NCBI RefSeq assembly: GCF_009914755.1
Contig: NC_060930.1
Length of the DNA: 64,000 bases
Direction: 5' to 3' (one strand)
Origin: the human T2T-CHM13v2.0 reference genome, Homo sapiens
The notes under the pieces were generated by a model. The model had not been told where the DNA came from, did no database searches, and saw nothing but the letters and a program-made list of their open reading frames with translations. This document shows positions 22,801 through 36,199 of this stretch, one piece after another. Each line of letters begins with the position of its first letter. Positions within the stretch are counted from its first letter, which is position 1. The position numbers were made by a program, and so were the translations under genes.

Positions 22801-25800
22801 GGATTTCTTCATGTAACTCTAGATTGAAGAATTCTCAGAAACTCCTTTGTGATGTGTGCATTCAATTCAAAGAGTGAAACCTCCCTTTTCACAGAGCAGT
22901 TTTGAAACACTGTTTTTGTAGGATTTCCAAGGGGATATTTATAGCGCATTGAGCCTACGGCGGAAAAAGAAACATCTTCCTATAAAAACCAGACAGAATA
23001 CTTCTCAGAATCTGCTTTGCGATGTGTGCGTTCAACTCACAGAGTAAAACTTTTCTTTTGATAGAGCAGTTTTGAAACACTCTTTTTGTAGTATTTGCAT
23101 GTGTATATTTAGAGCGCATTGAAGCCCACAGTAGAAAAGGAAATAACTTCACCTAAAACCTAGACAGAAGCAATCTCAGAAACTACTTTGTGATGTGTAC
23201 ATTCAACTCACAGAGTGGAACTTTCCTCTTTATAGAGCAGTGTTGAAACACTCTTTTTGTAGAAACTGCAAGTGGATATTTGGACCTCTTTGAGGCCTTC
23301 GTTGGAAACGGGATTTCTTCCTATAACCCTAGACAGAAGAATTTTCAGAAACCTCATTGTGATGTGTGCGTTCATCTCACAGAGTGGAGTCTTCCGTTTG
23401 ATAGAGAAGTTTTGAAACCCTGTTCTTGTAGGATTTCCAAGTGGATATTTAGACCACTTTGAAGCCTATGATAGAAAAGGAAACATCTTCATGGAAAACA
23501 TAGATAGAATCATTCTCAGAAACAACTTTGTGATGTGTGCGTTGAACTCACCGTCTTTAACCTTTCTTTTGGTAGAGAAGTTTTGAAACACTCTCTTTGT
23601 AAAGTCTACAAGTGGATATTTTGAGCCCTTGGAGGCATTCTTTGGAAAAGGGAATGTCTTCACATAAAAGGCAGACGGAAGTGTTCTCAGAAACTGCTTT
23701 GTGATGTCTGTGTTCAACTCACAGAGTTTAACATTTCCTTTGATAGAGCGGTTTAGTAACCCTCTCTTTGTAGAATTTGGAAGTGTATACTAAGAGCGCT
23801 TTGAGGCCTATGGTAGAAAAGGAAATATCTTTCCATAAAAGCTAGACAGAAGCAATCTCAGAAACTCCTCTGTGATGTCTGCATTCAACTCACCGAGTGG
23901 AACATTCCTCTTGAGAGAGCAGTTTGGAAACACTCTTTCTGTAGAATCAGCTTGTTTGTATTTGGACCTCCTTGAGGCCTTCGTTGGAAACGGGTTTTCA
24001 TCTTATAAACCCAGACAGAAGAATTCTCAGAGTCTTCTTTGTGATGTGTGCTTTCAACTCACCGAGATAAAGATTTCTCTTGATAGAGCAATTTGGAAAC
24101 ACTCTTTTTGTAGAATTTGCAAGGGTACATTGAGAGCGCTTTCAGGCCTATGGTAGAAAAGGGAATATCTTTCCATAAAAGGTAGACAGAAGCAATCTCA
24201 GAAACTACTTTGTGATGTGTGCATTCAACTCACCGAGTGCAACGTTCCTCTTGACCGAGCAGTTTGGAAACATTGTTTCTGTAGAATCTGCAAGTGGATA
24301 TTTGGACCTCTTTGAGGCCTTCGTTGGAAACGGGATTTCTTCCTATAAACCCAGACAGAAGAATTCTCAGAGACTTCTTTGTGATGTGTGAATTCAACTC
24401 ACAGTGTGGATCCTTCCTTTTGATAGAGCAGTTTTGAAACCCTGTTTTTGTAGTATTTCCAAGCGGATATTTGGAACGCCTTGAAGCGTATGGTAGAAAA
24501 GGAAATATCTTCCCATAAAACCTAGACAGAACCAATCTCAGAAACGACTTTGTGATGTCTGCATTCAAGTCACAGAGTTGAACATTTCTCTTGATAGAGC
24601 AGTTTTGAAACCCTCTTTCTGAAGGATCTGCAAGTGGATATTTGGAACTCCTTTGGGTCTTCGTTGGAAACGGGATTTCTTCGTATAAATCTAGACAGAA
24701 GAATTCTCCGAAACTTCTTTGGTTGTGTGCATTCAAGTCACAGAGTGGAACCTTCCTTTGGATAGAGCAGTTTGAAACGCCGTGGTTGTAGTATTTCCAA
24801 GCGGATATTAGAGCGCCTTGAGGCCTATGGTAGAAAAGGAAATATCTTCCCATAAAACCTAGACGGAAGCAATCTCAGAAACTACTGTGTGATGGCTGCA
24901 TTCCACACACACGGTGGAACATTTCTCTTGATAGAGCAGTTTTGAAACACTCTTTCTGTAGAATCTGCAAGTGGATAATTGGACCGCCTTGAGGCCTTCG
25001 TTGGAAACGGGATTTCTTCATGTTACTCTAGATAGAAGAATTCTCAAACACTGCTATGTGATGTTTGCATTCAAGTCACAGAGTGCAACATTCCTCTTGG
25101 TAGAGCAGTTGGGAAACACTCCTTTTGTAGAATCTGCAATGGGATATTTGGACTTCTTTGAGGCCTTCGTTGGAAACGGGATTTCTTCGTATGAATCTAG
25201 ACAGAAGAATTCTCAGAAACTTCCTTGTGATGTGTGCATTCAACTCAGCGAGTGGCACCTTCCTTTGGATACAGCAGTTTTGAAACACTGTTTTTGTAGT
25301 ATTTCCAAGCGGATATTTAGAGCGCCTTGAAGCCTATGCTAGAAATGGAAATATCTCCCCATAAAACCAAGACAGAAGCAATCTCAGAAACTAATGTGTG
25401 ATGGCTGCATTCCACACACACGGTGGACCATTTCTCTTGATAGAGCAGTTTTGAAACACTCTTTATGTAGAATCTGCAAGTGGATAATTGGACCTCCTAG
25501 AGGCCTTCGTTGGAAACGGGATTTCTTCATCTAAACCTACAGAGAAGAATTCTCAGTAACTTCTTCGGATGTGTGCATTCGACTCACAGAATGGAACATT
25601 CCCTTTGATAGAGCAGTTTTGAGACACCGTTTTTGTAGAATTCCCAAGTGGATATTTAGAGCACTTTGAAGTCTCTGCTAGAAAAGGAAACATCTTCATG
25701 TAAAAAGTAGATAGAATCGTTCTCAGAAAGTGCTTAGTGACGTGTGCGTTCAACTCACAGAGTTTAACGTTTCTTTTGATAGAGCGTTTCTGAAACACCC

Positions 25801-25995
25801 TTCTTGTAGTAGCTGCAAGTGGATATTTGGACCTATTGGAGGCCTTCTTTGGAAATGGGATTTCTTCATGTAACTCTAGATTGAAGAGTTCTCAGAAACT
25901 CCTTTGTGATGTGTGCATTCAATTCAAAGAGTGAAACCTCCCTTTTCACAGAGCAGTTTTGAAACACTGTTTTTGTAGGATTTCCAAGGGGATAT
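19882..25995 (+). repeat. HOR units U8-U9, two 18-mers (start 19882, 22939)
   Basis: Marker ORF at 19898, 22955, 26012. Confidence 0.95.
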
Positions 25996-28900
25996 TTATA
26001 GCGCATTGAGCCTACGGCGGAAAAAGAAACATCTTCCTATAAAAACTAGACAGAATACTTCTCAGAATCTGCTTTGCGATGTGTGCGTTCAACTCACAGA
26101 GTAAAACTTTTCTTTTGATAGAGCAGTTTTGAAACACTCTTTTTGTAGTATTTGCATGTGTATATTTAGAGCGCATTGAAGCCCACAGTAGAAAAGGAAA
26201 TAACTTCACCTAAAACCTAGACAGAAGCAATCACAGAAACTACTTTGTGATGTGTACATTCAACTCACAGAGTGGAACTTTCCTCTTTATAGAGCAGTGT
26301 TGAAACACTCTTTTTGTAGAAACTGCAAGTGGATATTTGGACCTCTTTGAGGCCTTCGTTGGAAACGGGATTTCTTCCTATAACCCTAGACAGAAGAATT
26401 TTCAGAAACCTCATTGTGATGTGTGCGTTCATCTCACAGAGTGGAGTCTTCCGTTTGATAGAGAAGTTTTGAAACCCTGTTCTTGTAGGATTTCCAAGTG
26501 GATATTTAGACCACTTTGAAGCCTATGATAGAAAAGGAAACATCTTCATGGAAAACATAGATAGAATCATCCTCAGAAACAACTTTGTGATGTGTGCGTT
26601 GAACTCACCGTCTTTAACCTTTCTTTTGGTAGAGAAGTTTTGAAACACTCTCTTTGTAAAGTCTACAAGTGGATATTTTGAGCCCTTGGAGGCATTCTTT
26701 GGAAAAGGGAATGTCTTCACATAAAAGGCAGACGGAAGTGTTCTCAGAAACTGCTTTGTGATGTCTGTGTTCAACTCACAGAGTTTAACATTTCCTTTGA
26801 TAGAGCGGTTTAGTAACCCTCTCTTTGTAGAATTTGGAAGTGTATACTAAGAGCGCTTTGAGGCCTATGGTAGAAAAGGAAATATCTTTCCATAAAAGCT
26901 AGACAGAAGCAATCTCAGAAACTCCTCTGTGATGTCAGCATTCAACTCACCGAGTGGAACATTCCTCTTGAGAGAGCAGTTTGGAAACACTCTTTCTGTA
27001 GAATCAGCTTGTTTGTATTTGGACCTCCTTGAGGCCTTCGTTGGAAACGGGTTTTCATCTTATAAACCCAGACAGAAGAATTCTCAGAGTCTTCTTTGTG
27101 ATGTGTGCTTTCAACTCACCGAGATAAAGATTTCTCTTGATAGAGCAATTTGGAAACACTCTTTTTGTAGAATTTGCAAGGGTACATTGAGAGCGCTTTC
27201 AGGCCTATGGTAGAAAAGGGAATATCTTTCCATAAAAGGTAGACAGAAGCAATCTCAGAAACTACTTTGTGATGTGTGCATTCAACTCACCGAGTGCAAC
27301 GTTCCTCTTGACCGAGCAGTTTGGAAACATTGTTTCTGTAGAATCTGCAAGTGGATATTTGGACCTCTTTGAGGCCTTCGTTGGAAACGGGATTTCTTCC
27401 TATAAACCCAGACAGAAGAATTCTCAGAGACTTCTTTGTGATGTGTGAATTCAACTCACAGTGTGGATCCTTCCTTTTGATAGAGCAGTTTTGAAACCCT
27501 GTTTTTGTAGTATTTCCAAGCGGATATTTGGAACGCCTTGAAGCGTATGGTAGAAAAGGAAATATCTTCCCATAAAACCTAGACAGAACCAATCTCAGAA
27601 ACGACTTTGTGATGTCTGCATTCAAGTCACAGAGTTGAACATTTCTCTTGATAGAGCAGTTTTGAAACCCTCTTTCTGAAGGATCTGCAAGTGGATATTT
27701 GGAACTCCTTTGGGTCTTCGTTGGAAACGGGATTTCTTCGTATAAATCTAGACAGAAGAATTCTCAGAAACTTCCTTGTGATGTGTGCATTCAACTCAGC
27801 GAGTGGCACCTTCCTTTGGATACAGCAGTTTTGAAACACTGTTTTTGAAGTATTTCCAAGCGGATATTTAGAGCGCCTTGAAGCCTATGCTAGAAATGGA
27901 AATATCTCCCCATAAAACCAAGACGGAAGCAATCTCAGAAACTAATGTGTGATGGCTGCATTCCACACACACGGTGGACCATTTCTCTTGATAGAGCAGT
28001 TTTGAAACACTCTTTCTGTAGAATCTGCAAGTGGATAATTGGACCTCCGAGAGGCCTTCGTTGGAAACGGGATTTCTTCATCTAAACCTACAGAGAAGTA
28101 TTCTCAGTAACTTCTTCGGATGTGTGCATTCGACGCACAGAATGGAACATTCCCTTTGATAGAGCAGTTTTGAGACACCGTTTTTGTAGAATTCCCAAGT
28201 GGATATTTAGAGCACTTTGAAGTCTCTGCTAGAAAAGGAAACATCTTCATGTAAAAAGTAGATAGAATCGTTCTCAGAAAGTGCTTAGTGTCGTGTGCGT
28301 TCAACTCACAGAGTTTAACGTTTCTTTTGATAGAGCGTTTCTGAAACACCCTTCTTGTAGTAGCTGCAAGTGGATATTTGGACCTATTGGAGGCCTTCTT
28401 TGGAAATGGGATTTCTTCATGTAACTCTAGGTTGAAGAATTCTCAGAAACTCCTTTGTGATGTGTGCATTCAATTCAAAGAGTGAAACCTCTCTTTTCAC
28501 AGAGCAGTTTTGAAACACTGTTTTTGTAGGATTTCCAAGGGGATATTTATAGCGCATTGAGCCTACGGCGGAAAAAGAAACATCTTCCTATAAAAACTAG
28601 ACAGAATACTTCTCAGAATCTGCTTTGCGATGTGTGCGTTCAACTCACAGAGTAAAACTTTTCTTTTGATAGAGCAGTTTTGAAACACTCTTTTTGTAGT
28701 ATTTGCATGTGTATATTTAGAGCGCATTGAAGCCCACAGTAGAAAAGGAAATAACTTCACCTAAAACCTAGACAGAAGCAATCACAGAAACTACTTTGTG
28801 ATGTGTACATTCAACTCACAGAGTGGAACTTTCCTCTTTATAGAGCAGTGTTGAAACACTCTTTTTGTAGAAACTGCAAGTGGATATTTGGACCTCTTTG

Positions 28901-31900
28901 AGGCCTTCGTTGGAAACGGGATTTCTTCCTATAACCCTAGACAGAAGAATTTTCAGAAACCTCATTGTGATGTGTGCGTTCATCTCACAGAGTGGAGTCT
29001 TCCGTTTGATAGAGAAGTTTTGAAACCCTGTTCTTGTAGGATTTCCAAGTGGATATTTAGACCACTTTGAAGCCTATGATAGAAAAGGAAACATCTTCAT
29101 GGAAAACATAGATAGAATCATCCTCAGAAACAACTTTGTGATGTGTGCGTTGAACTCACCGTCTTTAACCTTTCTTTTGGTAGAGAAGTTTTGAAACACT
29201 CTCTTTGTAAAGTCTACAAGTGGATATTTTGAGCCCTTGGAGGCATTCTTTGGAAAAGGGAATGTCTTCACATAAAAGGCAGACGGAAGTGTTCTCAGAA
29301 ACTGCTTTGTGATGTCTGTGTTCAACTCACAGAGTTTAACATTTCCTTTGATAGAGCGGTTTAGTAACCCTCTCTTTGTAGAATTTGGAAGTGTATACTA
29401 AGAGCGCTTTGAGGCCTATGGTAGAAAAGGAAATATCTTTCCATAAAAGCTAGACAGAAGCAATCTCAGAAACTCCTCTGTGATGTCTGCATTCAACTCA
29501 CCGAGTGGAACATTCCTCTTGAGAGAGCAGTTTGGAAACACTCTTTCTGTAGAATCAGCTTGTTTGTATTTGGACCTCCTTGAGGCCTTCGTTGGAAACG
29601 GGTTTTCATCTTATAAACCCAGACAGAAGAATTCTCAGAGTCTTCTTTGTGATGTGTGCTTTCAACTCACCGAGATAAAGATTTCTCTTGATAGAGCAAT
29701 TTGGAAACACTCTTTTTGTAGAATTTGCAAGGGTACATTGAGAGCGCTTTCAGGCCTATGGTAGAAAAGGGAATATCTTTCCATAAAAGGTAGACAGAAG
29801 CAATCTCAGAAACTACTTTGTGATGTGTGCATTCAACTCACCGAGTGCAACGTTCCTCTTGACCGAGCAGTTTGGAAACATTGTTTCTGTAGAATCTGCA
29901 AGTGGATATTTGGACCTCTTTGAGGCCTTCGTTGGAAACGGGATTTCTTCCTATAAACCCAGACAGAAGAATTCTCAGAGACTTCTTTGTGATGTGTGAA
30001 TTCAACTCACAGTGTGGATCCTTCCTTTTGATAGAGCAGTTTTGAAACCCTGTTTTTGTAGTATTTCCAAGCGGATATTTGGAACGCCTTGAAGCGTATG
30101 GTAGAAAAGGAAATATCTTCCCATAAAACCTAGACAGAACCAATCTCAGAAACGACTTTGTGATGTCTGCATTCAAGTCACAGAGTTGAACATTTCTCTT
30201 GATAGAGCAGTTTTGAAACCCTCTTTCTGAAGGATCTGCAAGTGGATATTTGGAACTCCTTTGGGTCTTCGTTGGAAACGGGATTTCTTCGTATAAATCT
30301 AGACAGAAGAATTCTCAGAAACTTCCTTGTGATGTGTGCATTCAACTCAGCGAGTGGCACCTTCCTTTGGATACAGCAGTTTTGAAACACTGTTTTTGTA
30401 GTATTTCCAAGCGGATATTTAGAGCGCCTTGAAGCCTATGCTAGAAATGGAAATATCTCCCCATAAAACCAAGACGGAAGCAATCTCAGAAACTAATGTG
30501 TGATGGCTGCATTCCACACACACGGTGGACCATTTCTCTTGATAGAGCAGTTTTGAAACACTCTTTCTGTAGAATCTGCAAGTGGATAATTGGACCTCCT
30601 AGAGGCCTTCGTTGGAAACGGGATTTCTTCATCTAAACCTACAGAGAAGTATTCTCAGTAACTTCTTCGGATGTGTGCATTCGACGCACAGAATGGAACA
30701 TTCCCTTTGATAGAGCAGTTTTGAGACACCGTTTTTGTAGAATTCCCAAGTGGATATTTAGAGCACTTTGAAGTCTCTGCTAGAAAAGGAAACATCTTCA
30801 TGTAAAAAGTAGATAGAATCGTTCTCAGAAAGTGCTTAGTGTCGTGTGCGTTCAACTCACAGAGTTTAACGTTTCTTTTGATAGAGCGTTTCTGAAACAC
30901 CCTTCTTGTAGTAGCTGCAAGTGGATATTTGGACCTATTGGAGGCCTTCTTTGGAAATGGGATTTCTTCATGTAACTCTAGATTGAAGAATTCTCAGAAA
31001 CTCCTTTGTGATGTGTGCATTCAATTCAAAGAGTGAAACCTCTCTTTTCACAGAGCAGTTTTGAAACACTGTTTTTGTAGGATTTCCAAGGGGATATTTA
31101 TAGCGCATTGAGCCTACGGCGGAAAAAGAAACATCTTCCTATAAAAACTAGACAGAATACTTCTCAGAATCTGCTTTGCGATGTGTGCGTTCAACTCACA
31201 GAGTAAAACTTTTCTTTTGATAGAGCAGTTTTGAAACACTCTTTTTGTAGTATTTGCATGTGTATATTTAGAGCGCATTGAAGCCCACAGTAGAAAAGGA
31301 AATAACTTCACCTAAAACCTAGACAGAAGCAATCACAGAAACTACTTTGTGATGTGTACATTCAACTCACAGAGTGGAACTTTCCTCTTTATAGAGCAGT
31401 GTTGAAACACTCTTTTTGTAGAAACTGCAAGTGGATATTTGGACCTCTTTGAGGCCTTCGTTGGAAACGGGATTTCTTCCTATAACCCTAGACAGAAGAA
31501 TTTTCAGAAACCTCATTGTGATGTGTGCGTTCATCTCACAGAGTGGAGTCTTCCGTTTGATAGAGAAGTTTTGAAACCCTGTTCTTGTAGGATTTCCAAG
31601 TGGATATTTAGACCACTTTGAAGCCTATGATAGAAAAGGAAACATCTTCATGGAAAACATAGATAGAATCATCCTCAGAAACAACTTTGTGATGTGTGCG
31701 TTGAACTCACCGTCTTTAACCTTTCTTTTGGTAGAGAAGTTTTGAAACACTCTCTTTGTAAAGTCTACAAGTGGATATTTTGAGCCCTTGGAGGCATTCT
31801 TTGGAAAAGGGAATGTCTTCACATAAAAGGCAGACGGAAGTGTTCTCAGAAACTGCTTTGTGATGTCTGTGTTCAACTCACAGAGTTTAACATTTCCTTT

Positions 31901-34900
31901 GATAGAGCGGTTTAGTAACCCTCTCTTTGTAGAATTTGGAAGTGTATACTAAGAGCGCTTTGAGGCCTATGGTAGAAAAGGAAATATCTTTCCATAAAAG
32001 CTAGACAGAAGCAATCTCAGAAACTCCTCTGTGATGTCTGCATTCAACTCACCGAGTGGAACATTCCTCTTGAGAGAGCAGTTTGGAAACACTCTTTCTG
32101 TAGAATCAGCTTGTTTGTATTTGGACCTCCTTGAGGCCTTCGTTGGAAACGGGTTTTCATCTTATAAACCCAGACAGAAGAATTCTCAGAGTCTTCTTTG
32201 TGATGTGTGCTTTCAACTCACCGAGATAAAGATTTCTCTTGATAGAGCAATTTGGAAACACTCTTTTTGTAGAATTTGCAAGGGTACATTGAGAGCGCTT
32301 TCAGGCCTATGGTAGAAAAGGGAATATCTTTCCATAAAAGGTAGACAGAAGCAATCTCAGAAACTACTTTGTGATGTGTGCATTCAACTCACCGAGTGCA
32401 ACGTTCCTCTTGACCGAGCAGTTTGGAAACATTGTTTCTGTAGAATCTGCAAGTGGATATTTGGACCTCTTTGAGGCCTTCGTTGGAAACGGGATTTCTT
32501 CCTATAAACCCAGACAGAAGAATTCTCAGAGACTTCTTTGTGATGTGTGAATTCAACTCACAGTGTGGATCCTTCCTTTTGATAGAGCAGTTTTGAAACC
32601 CTGTTTTTGTAGTATTTCCAAGCGGATATTTGGAACGCCTTGAAGCGTATGGTAGAAAAGGAAATATCTTCCCATAAAACCTAGACAGAACCAATCTCAG
32701 AAACGACTTTGTGATGTCTGCATTCAAGTCACAGAGTTGAACATTTCTCTTGATAGAGCAGTTTTGAAACCCTCTTTCTGAAGGATCTGCAAGTGGATAT
32801 TTGGAACTCCTTTGGGTCTTCGTTGGAAACGGGATTTCTTCGTATAAATCTAGACAGAAGAATTCTCAGAAACTTCCTTGTGATGTGTGCATTCAACTCA
32901 GCGAGTGGCACCTTCCTTTGGATACAGCAGTTTTGAAACACTGTTTTTGTAGTATTTCCAAGCGGATATTTAGAGCGCCTTGAAGCCTATGCTAGAAATG
33001 GAAATATCTCCCCATAAAACCAAGACGGAAGCAATCTCAGAAACTAATGTGTGATGGCTGCATTCCACACACACGGTGGACCATTTCTCTTGATAGAGCA
33101 GTTTTGAAACACTCTTTCTGTAGAATCTGCAAGTGGATAATTGGACCTCCTAGAGGCCTTCGTTGGAAACGGGATTTCTTCATCTAAACCTACAGAGAAG
33201 TATTCTCAGTAACTTCTTCGGATGTGTGCATTCGACGCACAGAATGGAACATTCCCTTTGATAGAGCAGTTTTGAGACACCGTTTTTGTAGAATTCCCAA
33301 GTGGATATTTAGAGCACTTTGAAGTCTCTGCTAGAAAAGGAAACATCTTCATGTAAAAAGTAGATAGAATCGTTCTCAGAAAGTGCTTAGTGTCGTGTGC
33401 GTTCAACTCACAGAGTTTAACGTTTCTTTTGATAGAGCGTTTCTGAAACACCCTTCTTGTAGTAGCTGCAAGTGGATATTTGGACCTATTGGAGGCCTTC
33501 TTTGGAAATGGGATTTCTTCATGTAACTCTAGATTGAAGAATTCTCAGAAACTCCTTTGTGATGTGTGCATTCAATTCAAAGAGTGAAACCTCTCTTTTC
33601 ACAGAGCAGTTTTGAAACACTGTTTTTGTAGGATTTCCAAGGGGATATTTATAGCGCATTGAGCCTACGGCGGAAAAAGAAACATCTTCCTATAAAAACT
33701 AGACAGAATACTTCTCAGAATCTGCTTTGCGATGTGTGCGTTCAACTCACAGAGTAAAACTTTTCTTTTGATAGAGCAGTTTTGAAACACTCTTTTTGTA
33801 GTATTTGCATGTGTATATTTAGAGCGCATTGAAGCCCACAGTAGAAAAGGAAATAACTTCACCTAAAACCTAGACAGAAGCAATCTCAGAAACTACTTTG
33901 TGATGTGTACATTCAACTCACAGAGTGGAACTTTCCTCTTTATAGAGCAGTGTTGAAACACTCTTTTTGTAGAAACTGCAAGTGGATATTTGGACCTCTT
34001 TGAGGCCTTCGTTGGAAACGGGATTTCTTCCTATAACCCTAGACAGAAGAATTTTCAGAAACCTCATTGTGATGTGTGCGTTCATCTCACAGAGTGGAGT
34101 CTTCCGTTTGATAGAGAAGTTTTGAAACCCTGTTCTTGTAGGATTTCCAAGTGGATATTTAGACCACTTTGAAGCCTATGATAGAAAAGGAAACATCTTC
34201 ATGGAAAACATACATAGAATCATCCTCAGAAACAACTTTGTGATGTGTGCGTTGAACTCACCGTCTTTAACCTTTCTTTTGGTAGAGAAGTTTTGAAACA
34301 CTCTCTTTGTAAAGTCTACAAGTGGATATTTTGAGCCCTTGGAGGCATTCTTTGGAAAAGGGAATGTCTTCACATAAAAGGCAGACGGAAGTGTTCTCAG
34401 AAACTGCTTTGTGATGTCTGTGTTCAACTCACAGAGTTTAACATTTCCTTTGATAGAGCGGTTTAGTAACCCTCTCTTTGTAGAATTTGGAAGTGTATAC
34501 TAAGAGCGCTTTGAGGCCTATGGTAGAAAAGGAAATATCTTTCCATAAAAGCTAGACAGAAGCAATCTCAGAAACTCCTCTGTGATGTCTGCATTCAACT
34601 CACCGAGTGGAACATTCCTCTTGAGAGAGCAGTTTGGAAACACTCTTTCTGTAGAATCAGCTTGTTTGTATTTGGACCTCCTTGAGGCCTTCGTTGGAAA
34701 CGGGTTTTCATCTTATAAACCCAGACAGAAGAATTCTCAGAGTCTTCTTTGTGATGTGTGCTTTCAACTCACCGAGATAAAGATTTCTCTTGATAGAGCA
34801 ATTTGGAAACACTCTTTTTGTAGAATTTGCAAGGGTACATTGAGAGCGCTTTCAGGCCTATGGTAGAAAAGGGAATATCTTTCCATAAAAGGTAGACAGA

Positions 34901-36199
34901 AGCAATCTCAGAAACTACTTTGTGATGTGTGCATTCAACTCACCGAGTGCAACGTTCCTCTTGACCGAGCAGTTTGGAAACATTGTTTCTGTAGAATCTG
35001 CAAGTGGATATTTGGACCTCTTTGAGGCCTTCGTTGGAAACGGGATTTCTTCCTATAAACCCAGACAGAAGAATTCTCAGAGACTTCTTTGTGATGTGTG
35101 AATTCAACTCACAGTGTGGATCCTTCCTTTTGATAGAGCAGTTTTGAAACCCTGTTTTTGTAGTATTTCCAAGCGGATATTTGGAACGCCTTGAAGCGTA
35201 TGGTAGAAAAGGAAATATCTTCCCATAAAACCTAGACAGAACCAATCTCAGAAACGACTTTGTGATGTCTGCATTCAAGTCACAGAGTTGAACATTTCTC
35301 TTGATAGAGCAGTTTTGAAACCCTCTTTCTGAAGGATCTGCAAGTGGATATTTGGAACTCCTTTGGGTCTTCGTTGGAAACGGGATTTCTTCGTATAAAT
35401 CTAGACAGAAGAATTCTCAGAAACTTCCTTGTGATGTGTGCATTCAACTCAGCGAGTGGCACCTTCCTTTGGATACAGCAGTTTTGAAACACTGTTTTTG
35501 TAGTATTTCCAAGCGGATATTTAGAGCGCCTTGAAGCCTATGCTAGAAATGGAAATATCTCCCCATAAAACCAAGACGGAAGCAATCTCAGAAACTAATG
35601 TGTGATGGCTGCATTCCACACACACGGTGGACCATTTCTCTTGATAGAGCAGTTTTGAAACACTCTTTCTGTAGAATCTGCAAGTGGATAATTGGACCTC
35701 CTAGAGGCCTTCGTTGGAAACGGGATTTCTTCATCTAAACCTACAGAGAAGTATTCTCAGTAACTTCTTCGGATGTGTGCATTCGACGCACAGAATGGAA
35801 CATTCCCTTTGATAGAGCAGTTTTGAGACACCGTTTTTGTAGAATTCCCAAGTGGATATTTAGAGCACTTTGAAGTCTCTGCTAGAAAAGGAAACATCTT
35901 CATGTAAAAAGTAGATAGAATCGTTCTCAGAAAGTGCTTAGTGTCGTGTGCGTTCAACTCACAGAGTTTAACGTTTCTTTTGATAGAGCGTTTCTGAAAC
36001 ACCCTTCTTGTAGTAGCTGCAAGTGGATATTTGGACCTATTGGAGGCCTTCTTTGGAAATGGGATTTCTTCATGTAACTCTAGATTGAAGAATTCTCAGA
36101 AACTCCTTTGTGATGTGTGCATTCAATTCAAAGAGTGAAACCTCTCTTTTCACAGAGCAGTTTTGAAACACTGTTTTTGTAGGATTTCCAAGGGGATAT
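25996..36199 (+). repeat. HOR units U10-U13, run of four 15-mers (start 25996, 28547, 31098, 33649)
   Basis: Marker ORF at 26012, 28563, 31114, 33665, 36216 (2,551-bp spacing). Confidence 0.95.
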
